Assembly (NCBI GenBank): GCA_036403095.1 | Contig: DASWRQ010000080.1 | Coordinates: 29,073-93,072, forward strand | Length of the DNA: 64,000 nucleotides | Direction: 5' to 3' | DNA from: Kutzneria sp. | GTDB taxonomy: Bacteria > Actinomycetota > Actinomycetes > Mycobacteriales > Pseudonocardiaceae | Shown: positions 18,900 to 27,960 of the stretch, one piece after another | How the letters are laid out: the number at the start of each line of letters is the position of its first letter | How positions within the stretch are numbered: position 1 is the stretch's first letter | Made by a program: the position numbers and the translations under genes | The notes under the pieces: generated by a model | The model's database searches: none | What the model was told of the DNA's origin: nothing | The model's input: the letters and a program-made list of their open reading frames with translations, nothing else

Positions 18900-20759
18900 T
18901 CAGGCGACGCGGTTCTCCTCCAACACGAGGATGGCCCCGTTGACCCCGCCGTCACGGCTGCGCAGCGGGCTCGCGACGACCCGCACGGACACATGCCGGC
19001 CACGGCGGTTGACGGCCGCGATCGAGATCTCCCCGGCGGTCTCGGTGTCGGACAGCGCCGCGCGCACCAGTGGACGCAGTTCGCTCAGGGGCAGACCGAT
19101 GTCGAGGTTGAGCAGATGCTGCCCGTCGGCCTCGTCCCGACGCAGCCCCCACAGCTCCTGTGAGCCGCGGTTCCACACGATGACCCGCATCTCCGGGTCC
19201 ACCACGATGACTCCGGAGCGCAGCGAGGTGAGGATGGACTCGAGGAAGTTGTTGAGGTCGTCGAGCTCGGTGGACCGCTCGTTGAGGCGGTCGTTGATCG
19301 CCTGCAACTCGTCGTTGGTGGACTGGAGCTCCTCGTTCATGGTCTCCAGTTCCTCGTTGGTGGACTGGAGTTCCTCGTTGGTCGTCTCCAGTTCCTCCAC
19401 AGTGGACTGCAGTTCTTCGTTCGTGGTCTCCAGCTCCTCGTTGGTGGACTGGAGCTCCTCGTAGGCCGACTCCAGCTGCCGGTTGGCGTGCTCCAGCTCG
19501 TCGAGCAGCCGGCGGGCGGCGCTGACGTCGCGGAACACCACGGAGACGCCCAGCAGGCCGCGCTCGTTCACCAGCGGATGCAGCTCCACGTCGAGCCAGA
19601 TAGTGTCGCTGGGCCCGCGCTGCCACTCCACGTCCTTCTGCCGCAGCACACGGCGCTCCACCTTGACCCGCTCCACCTGGGCGCGCAGCTCCACCGGCCG
19701 GTAGGACAGCTCAAGGTCGCGCAGCGGCCGGCCCACGTCCCGGGAGGTGAGCCCGAACAGCGCCTCCGCCTGGTGGTTGATCAGTGCCACGTCGTCGTCG
19801 GCGTTCATCACCACCTGGGCCACCGGTCCGGCCGAGAACGCGTGCGCGCGCAGCGCGTCGGTGTCGGCCGGCAGCTGGCGGCGGGCCGGCGTCGCGGCGT
19901 GGGCGAACAGGCTGCCCTGCGCGACGCCCGGTGAGGGCACCTTGCGGAACATGCGCTGTTTCAGGTCGATCGGGGTGAACAGGGTGTCGTAGCTGAGCAG
20001 CATCTCGGCCTTGCCGAGGAACAGCACGCCGTCGGGCAGCAGCGCGAAGTGCAGCCTGGTGAGGATCTTGGCCTGCGTCTCGACGTTGAAGTACATCAGC
20101 GTGTTGCGGCACAGCAGCAGGTGGATCCGCGAGATCGGCGCGTCCTGGACGAGGTCGTTGCGGCCGAAGATGACCGAGCGGCGCAGGTCCTGGCGGAACA
20201 CGTACTGGCTGCCGTGCCGCTCGAAGTAGCGCTCCAACAGGTCCGGCGGCACGCCCTCGACCTCGCGGTCGCCGTAGCTGGCCTGCCGGGCCTGGATCAG
20301 CGCCTCCTCGTCGACGTCGGTGGCGTAGATCTTCACGCGCTGCCGGAACGCCTCGACGCCCAGCGCCTCGGTCAGCAGGATGACCAGGCTGTAGGCCTCC
20401 TCGCCGGAGGCGCAGCCGGCGCTCCACACCCGGATCGGCGCGTCCGGCTCCATCTCGCTGAGCAGTCGGGGCAGCACGTCCTCGCGCAGGTGCGCCCAGG
20501 CGTCGGGATCGCGGAGGAAGCCGGTGACGTTGATCAGCAGCGTGTTGAACAGCGCCTCGAACTCGTCGGCGTTGACCTGCAGATGGTCGATGTACTCGAT
20601 GTAGTCGTCGATGCCCACCTGGGCCATGCGCCTGCGCACGCGCCGGGTCAGGCTGGTCCTCTTGTAGCCGGTGAAGTCGAAGCCGCGAGCCTCTTTGAGG
20701 TACAGCAGAACTGCCTCGAACCCGTCGCTCGCGCTGCCATCGGCGGTCGTGTCCACCAC
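18900..20759 (-). CDS. cheR: CheR-family methyltransferase with PAS, coiled-coil and PAS domains
   Basis: GFDFTGYK, LINVTGFLRD, VWSAGCASGEEAYS, YATDVD, CRNTLMYF; EELQSTNEE repeats; start approximate. Confidence 0.9.
   Translation of the reverse strand: MVDTTADGSASDGFEAVLLYLKEARGFDFTGYKRTSLTRRVRRRMAQVGIDDYIEYIDHLQVNADEFEALFNTLLINVTGFLRDPDAWAHLREDVLPRLLSEMEPDAPIRVWSAGCASGEEAYSLVILLTEALGVEAFRQRVKIYATDVDEEALIQARQASYGDREVEGVPPDLLERYFERHGSQYVFRQDLRRSVIFGRNDLVQDAPISRIHLLLCRNTLMYFNVETQAKILTRLHFALLPDGVLFLGKAEMLLSYDTLFTPIDLKQRMFRKVPSPGVAQGSLFAHAATPARRQLPADTDALRAHAFSAGPVAQVVMNADDDVALINHQAEALFGLTSRDVGRPLRDLELSYRPVELRAQVERVKVERRVLRQKDVEWQRGPSDTIWLDVELHPLVNERGLLGVSVVFRDVSAARRLLDELEHANRQLESAYEELQSTNEELETTNEELQSTVEELETTNEELQSTNEELETMNEELQSTNDELQAINDRLNERSTELDDLNNFLESILTSLRSGVIVVDPEMRVIVWNRGSQELWGLRRDEADGQHLLNLDIGLPLSELRPLVRAALSDTETAGEISIAAVNRRGRHVSVRVVASPLRSRDGGVNGAILVLEENRVA
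19300..19463 (-). repeat. 21-bp (heptad) coding repeat EEL(Q/E)(S/T)TN in the CheR coiled coil
   Basis: YEELQSTNEELETTNEELQSTVEELETTNEELQSTNEELETMNEELQSTNDEL. Confidence 0.85.
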
Positions 20760-20785
20760 GGGACTGACCGTACTCGGCTCGCCGC

Positions 20786-21535
20786 TCAGTCCGTGGCCGG
20801 CACGGCGAGCACGGCCCACACCACCTTGCCGCCGTCCCAGGTCGGGGCCGTTCCCCACGCCTTCGACATCGCGTCGACGAGGAAGATGCCGCGGCCGCCG
20901 CTCTCCGCGGAGCCCGGCTCCAGGCGCGACGGTGGCGTGCCGCTGGAGTCGCGCACCGCCACGGTGAGCAGCCCCCGGCGCAGCTCCAGCCGCACCCGCG
21001 CGCTGGAACGGCCGTGCAGGATGGCGTTCTCCACGAGCTCGGAGACGATCAGGCAGGCGTCGTCGATGATGGCCTTGAGCTGCCACCTGTCGAGAGTGTC
21101 GGTGACGAAGCGGCGGGCCGCCGCGGGACTGCCGATCGCGGGCGGCAGTTCGAGCGTGGCCAGTTCGCGCGCCGGGGCGCCGTTCAGTTTGCGCGCCGCC
21201 TCCGTCACGAGGGCGAAGGTGGGCACGAAGCGGTCGATGGCGCCGCGCCGCAGCAACTCCCGCGTCCGGCCGGGCCGGGCGACGAGCACGACCGGCAGCC
21301 CGGGCCAGGCGGCGGCCTTGCGGGCGACCATGCCGAACACGCTCAGCGCCAGCGGTGTGACCACGGTCGTCCGGTCGAGTTCGACGATGATGCCCGACGG
21401 CTCGTCGGCCACGCACTTCAGCAGCGTGTTGCGCACCCGCGCGACGCTGGCCAGTCCCAGCTCGCCCACCAGCCGCACGACCACGGCCGCCCCGCGCGGG
21501 GTGACGTCGATGGACAGATCCAGCGTCCCCGTCAC
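20786..21535 (-). CDS. STAS plus anti-sigma-type HATPase fusion
   Basis: VVVRLVGELG STAS start; IVSELVENAILHG, VRD, GGRGIFLV, GKVVW. Confidence 0.85.
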   Translation of the reverse strand: MTGTLDLSIDVTPRGAAVVVRLVGELGLASVARVRNTLLKCVADEPSGIIVELDRTTVVTPLALSVFGMVARKAAAWPGLPVVLVARPGRTRELLRRGAIDRFVPTFALVTEAARKLNGAPARELATLELPPAIGSPAAARRFVTDTLDRWQLKAIIDDACLIVSELVENAILHGRSSARVRLELRRGLLTVAVRDSSGTPPSRLEPGSAESGGRGIFLVDAMSKAWGTAPTWDGGKVVWAVLAVPATD

Positions 21536-22548
21536 GACGTCGTCTCCTCACTGAGCACGTCGATGCGGAGGAAGTCGCGCAGGGTGGCCGCGGCCTGGGT
21601 CGCTTCGGCCGCCGACGCCGCATAGCGGCGGGCGACCAAACCACTACCCCGCTGAACGGCGGTTCGCTCCATCCGCCGGTTCAGGCTGATCTTCTCGTCC
21701 AGGGTGCGCAGCGCGGTCCACAGGGCCCGCTCCAGCTGCACGTCCTTCTGGTCGGCCAGGGCCTCCAGCGTCCACGCGTGCCCCACCCGGCAGCGGTAGC
21801 GCTGCGTGTCCGCAATGGTCATCAGACTGCCGTCGCAGTCCGGGCAGGTGAAGCCTGACGGCTCACTCATGGTCTCCATGCCCAGCTCCCCCTTTCCCAG
21901 GCCGTGTTCGGCGATCTCGGTCTCCAACACGTCGGACGCCGACATCGTGCGTCGCGGCCGGCCGTCCACTTCCTCCCGGGTGAGCGCGGCGACCACCTCG
22001 CCGAGTTTCGCGGCCGGCGCGACATGAGCCGTCGGCACCTCCCGCAGCGCGTTCTCCGGCATGCTGGCATAGAGCGCCTCAGACGGATCCTGGACAACCG
22101 CCGCCCCACCGCGGGCGACGATCGACATCAGGCCGGCCGTGCCGTCGTCGAGGGCGCCGGACAGCACGACACCGATGACCCGTGGCCCGGCCACCCGCGC
22201 GGCCGATCGGAACAACGAGTCCACCGCCGGCCGGTGCCCGCTCTCCGTCGGGCCCTTGGACAGGCCCATGACGCCGTCGATGACCAGCAGGTGGTGGTCC
22301 GGGATCGCGGTGTAGACGTGCCCGGGGAGCAGCGGCTCGCCGTGCGCCGCCCGCCGCACCGGCAGCGGGCCGACCCGGTCGAGAATGGCCGGCAACGCGC
22401 TGGTGCCGCTGCTGGGCATGTGCAGCACCACCAGAACGGTGGCCGGCAGATCCGGGGGAAGTGCCGACATCAGCTGTAGCAGGGACTCGACGCCGCCGGC
22501 CGACGCTCCGACCACGACCACGTCGCGGCATTGCGACAAGATCGTCAC
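21532..22548 (-). CDS. cheB: CheB-type methylesterase without REC domain, with Cys-rich C-terminal extension
   Basis: GASAGG, VLHM, HRPAVDSLFRS, SGALDDG; C-terminal CPDC...CRVGH; promoter GTGT-N15-GGGTAG at 22580-22604. Confidence 0.9.
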   Translation of the reverse strand: MTILSQCRDVVVVGASAGGVESLLQLMSALPPDLPATVLVVLHMPSSGTSALPAILDRVGPLPVRRAAHGEPLLPGHVYTAIPDHHLLVIDGVMGLSKGPTESGHRPAVDSLFRSAARVAGPRVIGVVLSGALDDGTAGLMSIVARGGAAVVQDPSEALYASMPENALREVPTAHVAPAAKLGEVVAALTREEVDGRPRRTMSASDVLETEIAEHGLGKGELGMETMSEPSGFTCPDCDGSLMTIADTQRYRCRVGHAWTLEALADQKDVQLERALWTALRTLDEKISLNRRMERTAVQRGSGLVARRYAASAAEATQAAATLRDFLRIDVLSEETTS

Positions 22549-22598
22549 CTTCCTCAGCCGCTGGGTCTCGGCTCCGAGGCTACCCCGTTCAGGTAAAT

Positions 22599-22952
22599 TC
22601 ACACGTTCTGACGCAGGCCGGTTCGCCCGTCGGTGCGCCGTGACGGGGCCGGTCGGCCGACCCGACGGGCCTCCCGCCGCCGACGCGCGATCGCCGTCCG
22701 ACGCTCGTTCTCGTCCTGCCCGCCCCACACGCCGTACGGCTCCTCGGCGGCGATCGCGTGCCGGCGGCACTGCACGATCACCGGGCAGCGGGCGCACACC
22801 GCTTTGGCCTGCTCGTCCCGGACCCGCCGGGCCGACCCGCGCTCGAGGTCCGGGTGGAAGAACACCGCGTCCTCGGCGCCGCGGCAGGCGCCGCTGAGCT
22901 GCCACGCCCAGTCGGCGGCGACCGGCCGGGGGAGGGTCTTGCTGCTGGTCAT
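22599..22952 (-). CDS. WhiB-family Fe-S transcriptional regulator (WhiB3/WhiD-like)
   Basis: WQLSGAC...FFHP..ERG...CARCPV..QC...EPYGVWGG; promoter GTTT-N15-GGGAAG at 22992-23016. Confidence 0.92.
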   Translation of the reverse strand: MTSSKTLPRPVAADWAWQLSGACRGAEDAVFFHPDLERGSARRVRDEQAKAVCARCPVIVQCRRHAIAAEEPYGVWGGQDENERRTAIARRRREARRVGRPAPSRRTDGRTGLRQNV

Positions 22953-23033
22953 GCCTGCCGCCTTCCTCGTTCACGGGTCCGACACCAGCGGCTTCCCCTC
23001 ACAGCGAGAGCGAAACGGCGGGCCCGCGAATCG

Positions 23034-23411
23034 TCAGCCGGACATGGCCTCCGCGACGCTGGCGTAGACGGGGAAGGCGGTGGTCATGCCGGTGATCTCC
23101 AGGGGCCGCAGCACCTTGCGGGAGCTGGCCACGAGACGAAGCGGCACCGCGTTGGCGATGGCGTGCGCCCGGGCCTCGGCCAGCATCTGCAGCCCGGACG
23201 AGCCGAAGAAGGTCACCTCGGACAGGTCGACGACGACAACCTCGGGGCGGCCGTCGACGGTGCGGGTGAGCACCCGCTCGACGGCGTCCCGGCTGGTCAT
23301 GTCGATCTCGCCGCTGATGTGCACGACGCATACCCGGCCCATGGTGTCGACAGCGGCCAGCGCCGGCGGGATCGCGCCTGCGGGCGTCGGAAAAGCTCCG
23401 TCACTGCCCAT
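23034..23411 (-). CDS. Anti-sigma factor antagonist (STAS)
   Basis: HISGEIDM, VDLSEVTFFGSSGL with the phospho-Ser position intact. Confidence 0.9.
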   Translation of the reverse strand: MGSDGAFPTPAGAIPPALAAVDTMGRVCVVHISGEIDMTSRDAVERVLTRTVDGRPEVVVVDLSEVTFFGSSGLQMLAEARAHAIANAVPLRLVASSRKVLRPLEITGMTTAFPVYASVAEAMSG

Positions 23412-26400
23412 GGCCTCGACGATAACCAGGGGTGTCGGGGCCGGCAACCGCGGGTGACAGCGTGAACTCGACCCGGGTGCCGGCTTCGGATCCGCGCACC
23501 TCGGAGTGCGCCGACGCGGCCTTGATCATGGTCAGGCCGCGGCCCCGCGTGCCGTTGTCCGTCGGCACCGGCCGCCAGCAGCCGCCGTCGGTCACCACGC
23601 CCGTGACGCCACCGTCCGGGGTGCAGTGCAACTCGTAGCCGAACTCGCCGGCGGGACGGCCCCGGTAGGCGTGCTCGACGGAGTTCGCGGTGGCCTCCCC
23701 GAGCACGATCATCAGGTCCTCGAGCAGCGTCCGCGGCAGTCCGGACCGCTCGGCCCACTCGATGATGTCGGCCCGGGCGACCGCCAGCTGGTCGGGGCGT
23801 GCGGGAAGGGACCGCCGCAGCGGCGCCGGCACCAGGCGCGCGACCACGAGCGCGACGTCGTCGCCGGGGCCCTCGTCGGTGAGCAGGTGGTCGACCAGCC
23901 ACACCGCCAGCTCCTCGGGCGGCAGGTCGGCGGCGGTGGCGGCCAGCCGCGCCAGGTCCTCGTCGAGATCGGCGTCCCGGCGCTCGACCAGGCCGTCCGT
24001 GTACAGCACGATGCCGGCCTGCGGCGACAGCGAGCGCCGCCCCTCGGTGAACTCCATGCCGATGCCCAGCCCCAGCACCGGGCCGCGAGCACCGCTCAGG
24101 AACTCGCCGCGACCGTCCATGATCACCAGTGGTGGCAGGTGGCCGGCGCTGGCCCAGCGCAGTTCCCCGGCGGCGCAGTCGATCACCACGCAGACCGCGG
24201 TGGACGCCAGGGCGTCGGGGATGCGGGCCGCGAACTCGTCCAGCCGGGCCAGCGCGCTGGCCGGCGGGTGGCCCTCCAGCAGGTACGCGGCGAGCGTGCT
24301 GCGCAGCTGGCCCATCGCGGCCGCGGCGCGCGGGCCCTGGCCGACGACGTCGCCGACGATGAGCGCGACCCGGCCGTCGTCGAGCGGCAGCACGTCGTAC
24401 CAGTCGCCGCCGGCCTGGCTGAACGCGGCGCCGGCCAGGTAGCGGGCGGCCAGCGCGAGCCGGTCCAGCTGCGGCAGCCGAGCGGGCAGCAGGCTGCGCT
24501 GCAGCGTCTCGGCGATCTCGTGCTCGGCCTGGTACAGCCGGGCCCGGTCCAACGCCTGCCCGCACTGCTCGGCCAGCGCCAACGCGGCCCGCTTGTCCCC
24601 GGCGTCGAGCGGGCACTCGCGGGGGCTGCCCAGCGTGAGAACGCCGATGCACTTCCCGTTGGCCATCAAGGGAATCACCGCACCGGAGTGGAAGCCGACC
24701 GACCGCGCCCGGTCGACGAAGTCCGGGTACTCGGCCCGCCAGTCGTCGATCCGGTCCAGCCACAGCGGCGACCGACTGCCGACGGCGTCGGCGACGGGCG
24801 AGTGCTCACGCAGGTCGAGCCGCTCAAGCCCGTACTGTTGGCCGGGCACGGTCAACGGCTCCAGCCGATGCGGGTCGCGCACCTCGAAGACGGCGAACTC
24901 GTGGTCCAGGAACAGCCGCAGTCCGTGCGTGGCCGCCGTCTCCGCGACGCGCTGGGGCGAGGTCGCGGCGGAGAAGTCGGCGGTGGCCTGCTGCAGCAGC
25001 GCCAGCCGACGCGCGGTGGCCTGCTCCTCGGCCAGCAGCAGGGCGTTGTCCAGCGCGATGCCGGCACGGTCCGCGAGCTGCTCGGCCAGCGCCAGATCCG
25101 CCTCGCCGTACGCGTAGCCGTCGATGGCGCGGCACATGCTCAGCACCGCGAGCACCTTGCCGCGAGCCCGCAGCGGCACCGCCATCTCGCTGCTGCTGAC
25201 CAAGGTCGGCTCGTCGACGGCCGGCGCCGTCGGGGAGATGGCGGCCCCGGCCCGGGCCATGATCACCGGGCGACCGGCGTCGGTGATCCGGGTGACCGCG
25301 CAGCCGTCCGCGAGCCCGCCTTCGAGCAGCACCCCGATGAGGCGGTCCAGTCGCCGCCGCACCCCGGTCTCGGCGTCCAGGGCCGTTCCGACCAGCGCCA
25401 GCAGCCGCTGGCGTTCGCTCTCCCGATAGCGCTCGTTGACGTCGACGCAGCTGGCCACGTGCCCGCCGAACTCTTCGCCGCTGCCGATCGGCACCGCGTG
25501 CTCCAGCACCCAGTGATACGCCCCGTCGGCCCGGCGCAGCCGGTACTCGATGTCGAACGGCTCGCCGTCGCGGGTCGCCTGCCGGAAGGTGGCGAGGTAG
25601 ATGTCGCGGTCGTCGGGGTGCAGGGCCTCCTGCCACTGGTCGCCCAGCCCGGCCGCCCCGGTGTACTCCGACCAGCCCCGGTTGGCCAGCACCCGCTTGC
25701 CGGCCCGGTCCGACGCCCAGATCATCGCCGGCGCCACGTCGGCCATGGTGCGGAACCGCTCCTCGCCCTGCCGGCGCACGCGGCCCAGCCGCACGTGGGT
25801 GTTGGCCCGGGCGAGCAGCTCGCCGGCGGCGAAGGGCTTCACGAGATAGTCGTCGGCGCCGGCCCGCAGCCCCTCGGCCGCGGCCTCCTGGCCGGCGCGG
25901 GCGGACAACAGCAGCACCGGCAGGCGCGCCGTCCGCGGGTCCGCGCGTAGCTCGCGCACCAGGCTGATGCCGTCGAGGCCGGGCATCATCACGTCGCTGA
26001 TCAGCAGGTCCGGCGGCTCCGACCGGATCAGCTCCAGCGCGCGGCTGCCGTCGCCCACGGTCCGCACGGTGTGCCGCTCGCCCAGCAGGCGGGCGAGGTA
26101 GTCGCGCATGTCGGCGTTGTCGTCGGCGACGAGCACGTAGCCGGGTCCGCGATCGAACGGCCCGCCGGAGGGCACGTCCGGCGGCAGCCAGCGCAGCGCC
26201 TCCTCCACGTACGGCGTCGACTCCGGCGCGGGAACCGCGGCAGGCTCGGTTTCCCGGCCTTCCCCGAACGGGATGCGCACGGTGAAGCACGCGCCCTCGC
26301 CGTCGACGCTCTCGGCGGAGATGTCGCCGCCGTGCAGCCGTACCAGTTCCCGCACGAGCGCGAGCCCGATGCCGCTGCCCTCGGTGGACCGCGCACGGGG

Positions 26401-27843
26401 CTGCTCGATGCGGTGGAAGCGCTCGAACAGCCGGGGCATCTCCGATTCCGGGATGCCCACCCCGGTGTCGCGCACGCACAGCACCGCGTGATCGCCGTCG
26501 GCCCGCAGCGTGACCCGCACCGAGCCGTCCAGCGTGAACTTGAAGGCGTTGCTCAGCAGGTTGAGCACGACCTTCTCCCACATGTCCCGGTCCACGTGCA
26601 CCGGCCGGTCCAGCGGAGGGCAGTCGACCTCCAGCACCAGGCCGGCCTTCTCCATCGCGGCCCGGAACACGCTGGCCAGCTCGGTGGTCAGCACGGCCAG
26701 GTCCACCGGCTCGTAGTGGGCCTGCACGCGGCCGGCCTCGATGCGCGAGAAGTCCAGCAGCGCGTTGACCAGCTTGCCCAGCCGCATCGCGTTGCGCTCG
26801 ATCATCGACAGCTGGTCGTCGATCTCGGGCGGCGCCTGCTCCCGCAGTTCCCGCAGCGGGCCGGTGATCAGCGTCAGCGGCGTGCGGAACTCGTGGCTGA
26901 TGTTGGAGAAGAAGACCGTCTTGCTGCGGTCGAGGGCGGCCAGCTCCTCCGCCCGCCGCTGCTGCGCCTGATAGGCCATGGCGCCGTTGATCAGCGTCGC
27001 GCACTGGTCGGCGACCAGGCGCAGGAACGCCCGATAGTCCTCGTCCAGGGCGCGGCCGCCGCTGGCCGCCAGCACGACGGTGCCGAGCGGCCTGTCGCCG
27101 GCGTCGCTGCGCAGCGGCAGCACCATGGCCTCGGACGGCGGCGTCGACCATCCGCCGGACGGCAGCCCGCTCACGCCGGCGACGACCACCGGCTCGCCGC
27201 TGCGCATCACCTCGGCCAGCGGCCAGCGGTCGTCGGCGGATTCGCCCAGGTGCGTCGACACGTACGGGACGTCCGGGCCGTGCCGGCCGGCCCAGGCCTG
27301 GATGCGCCGGCAGGCGTCTTCGACGGTCGTGGCGCCGGCCTGCGCGCCGAGATCGCCGAGCGCGGCCATCCGTCGCGTGCCGACGACCCGGTCGGTGGTG
27401 TCGTTGACGGCGGTGAACACGCCGGTGACCGTGCCCGAATCGTCGTGCAGCGGGCTGTAGGAGTACGTCCAGTACGTCTCCTCCCAGTACCCGTGCCGGT
27501 TCATCGGCAGCAGCAGGTCGTCGGACCAGGTCGCCTCGCCGGTGGTGAGCACGCCCTCCAGCATCGGCCCGATGATGTGCCAGATCTCGGTCCAGACCTC
27601 GCGCCCGGGCTTGCCCAGCGCCGGGTGCTTCGAGCCGAGCAGCGGCAGGTACGCGTCGTTGTAGAGGAACCGCAACTCGGGTCCCCACCAGAGGATCATC
27701 GGGAACCGGGAGGTCAGGCAGATCCGCACGGCGGTGCGCAGGGACTCCGGCCATTCGTCGGGCGCGCCAAGGGCCGACGTCGACCAGTCGAATGCGCGCA
27801 TCCGCGCGGCCATCTCGCTGCTGCCCGGGAAAACGTCACTCAC
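23401..27843 (-). CDS. Hybrid sensor: PAS/GAF-HisKA-HATPase-REC-PAS-GAF-GAF-SpoIIE phosphatase-anti-sigma HATPase
   Basis: SHEFRTPL, NLLSNAFKFT, GSGIGL, SDVMMP, LHPDDR, LQRSLLP, GGDWYD, YTDGLVE, EATANSVEH; start approximate. Confidence 0.9.
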   Translation of the reverse strand: MSDVFPGSSEMAARMRAFDWSTSALGAPDEWPESLRTAVRICLTSRFPMILWWGPELRFLYNDAYLPLLGSKHPALGKPGREVWTEIWHIIGPMLEGVLTTGEATWSDDLLLPMNRHGYWEETYWTYSYSPLHDDSGTVTGVFTAVNDTTDRVVGTRRMAALGDLGAQAGATTVEDACRRIQAWAGRHGPDVPYVSTHLGESADDRWPLAEVMRSGEPVVVAGVSGLPSGGWSTPPSEAMVLPLRSDAGDRPLGTVVLAASGGRALDEDYRAFLRLVADQCATLINGAMAYQAQQRRAEELAALDRSKTVFFSNISHEFRTPLTLITGPLRELREQAPPEIDDQLSMIERNAMRLGKLVNALLDFSRIEAGRVQAHYEPVDLAVLTTELASVFRAAMEKAGLVLEVDCPPLDRPVHVDRDMWEKVVLNLLSNAFKFTLDGSVRVTLRADGDHAVLCVRDTGVGIPESEMPRLFERFHRIEQPRARSTEGSGIGLALVRELVRLHGGDISAESVDGEGACFTVRIPFGEGRETEPAAVPAPESTPYVEEALRWLPPDVPSGGPFDRGPGYVLVADDNADMRDYLARLLGERHTVRTVGDGSRALELIRSEPPDLLISDVMMPGLDGISLVRELRADPRTARLPVLLLSARAGQEAAAEGLRAGADDYLVKPFAAGELLARANTHVRLGRVRRQGEERFRTMADVAPAMIWASDRAGKRVLANRGWSEYTGAAGLGDQWQEALHPDDRDIYLATFRQATRDGEPFDIEYRLRRADGAYHWVLEHAVPIGSGEEFGGHVASCVDVNERYRESERQRLLALVGTALDAETGVRRRLDRLIGVLLEGGLADGCAVTRITDAGRPVIMARAGAAISPTAPAVDEPTLVSSSEMAVPLRARGKVLAVLSMCRAIDGYAYGEADLALAEQLADRAGIALDNALLLAEEQATARRLALLQQATADFSAATSPQRVAETAATHGLRLFLDHEFAVFEVRDPHRLEPLTVPGQQYGLERLDLREHSPVADAVGSRSPLWLDRIDDWRAEYPDFVDRARSVGFHSGAVIPLMANGKCIGVLTLGSPRECPLDAGDKRAALALAEQCGQALDRARLYQAEHEIAETLQRSLLPARLPQLDRLALAARYLAGAAFSQAGGDWYDVLPLDDGRVALIVGDVVGQGPRAAAAMGQLRSTLAAYLLEGHPPASALARLDEFAARIPDALASTAVCVVIDCAAGELRWASAGHLPPLVIMDGRGEFLSGARGPVLGLGIGMEFTEGRRSLSPQAGIVLYTDGLVERRDADLDEDLARLAATAADLPPEELAVWLVDHLLTDEGPGDDVALVVARLVPAPLRRSLPARPDQLAVARADIIEWAERSGLPRTLLEDLMIVLGEATANSVEHAYRGRPAGEFGYELHCTPDGGVTGVVTDGGCWRPVPTDNGTRGRGLTMIKAASAHSEVRGSEAGTRVEFTLSPAVAGPDTPGYRRGHGQ

Positions 27844-27960
27844 CGACCCGGCCGGCCTCTCTGCGACGGGACTCCATGCTTTTAGCTTGAGGCAGGTCCG
27901 GCTGCTCGGCAACGCATGCGCCGTCGGTGTGGCCGACCAGACGGTGAGTCGGTCAAGCCG

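Noticed and set aside
18900-22548. Chemotaxis operon
   Set aside because: No cheA, cheW, cheY, MCP or flagellar genes; the neighbours are sigma partner-switching proteins.
23506-27885. Very long alternative-frame and antisense ORFs (e.g. 23506-25950, 24824-27754, 29250-31559, 43971-46397, 57148-59565, 61318-63924)
   Set aside because: Shadow ORFs of real genes caused by high GC3; Arg/Gly/Pro/His-rich with no motifs.
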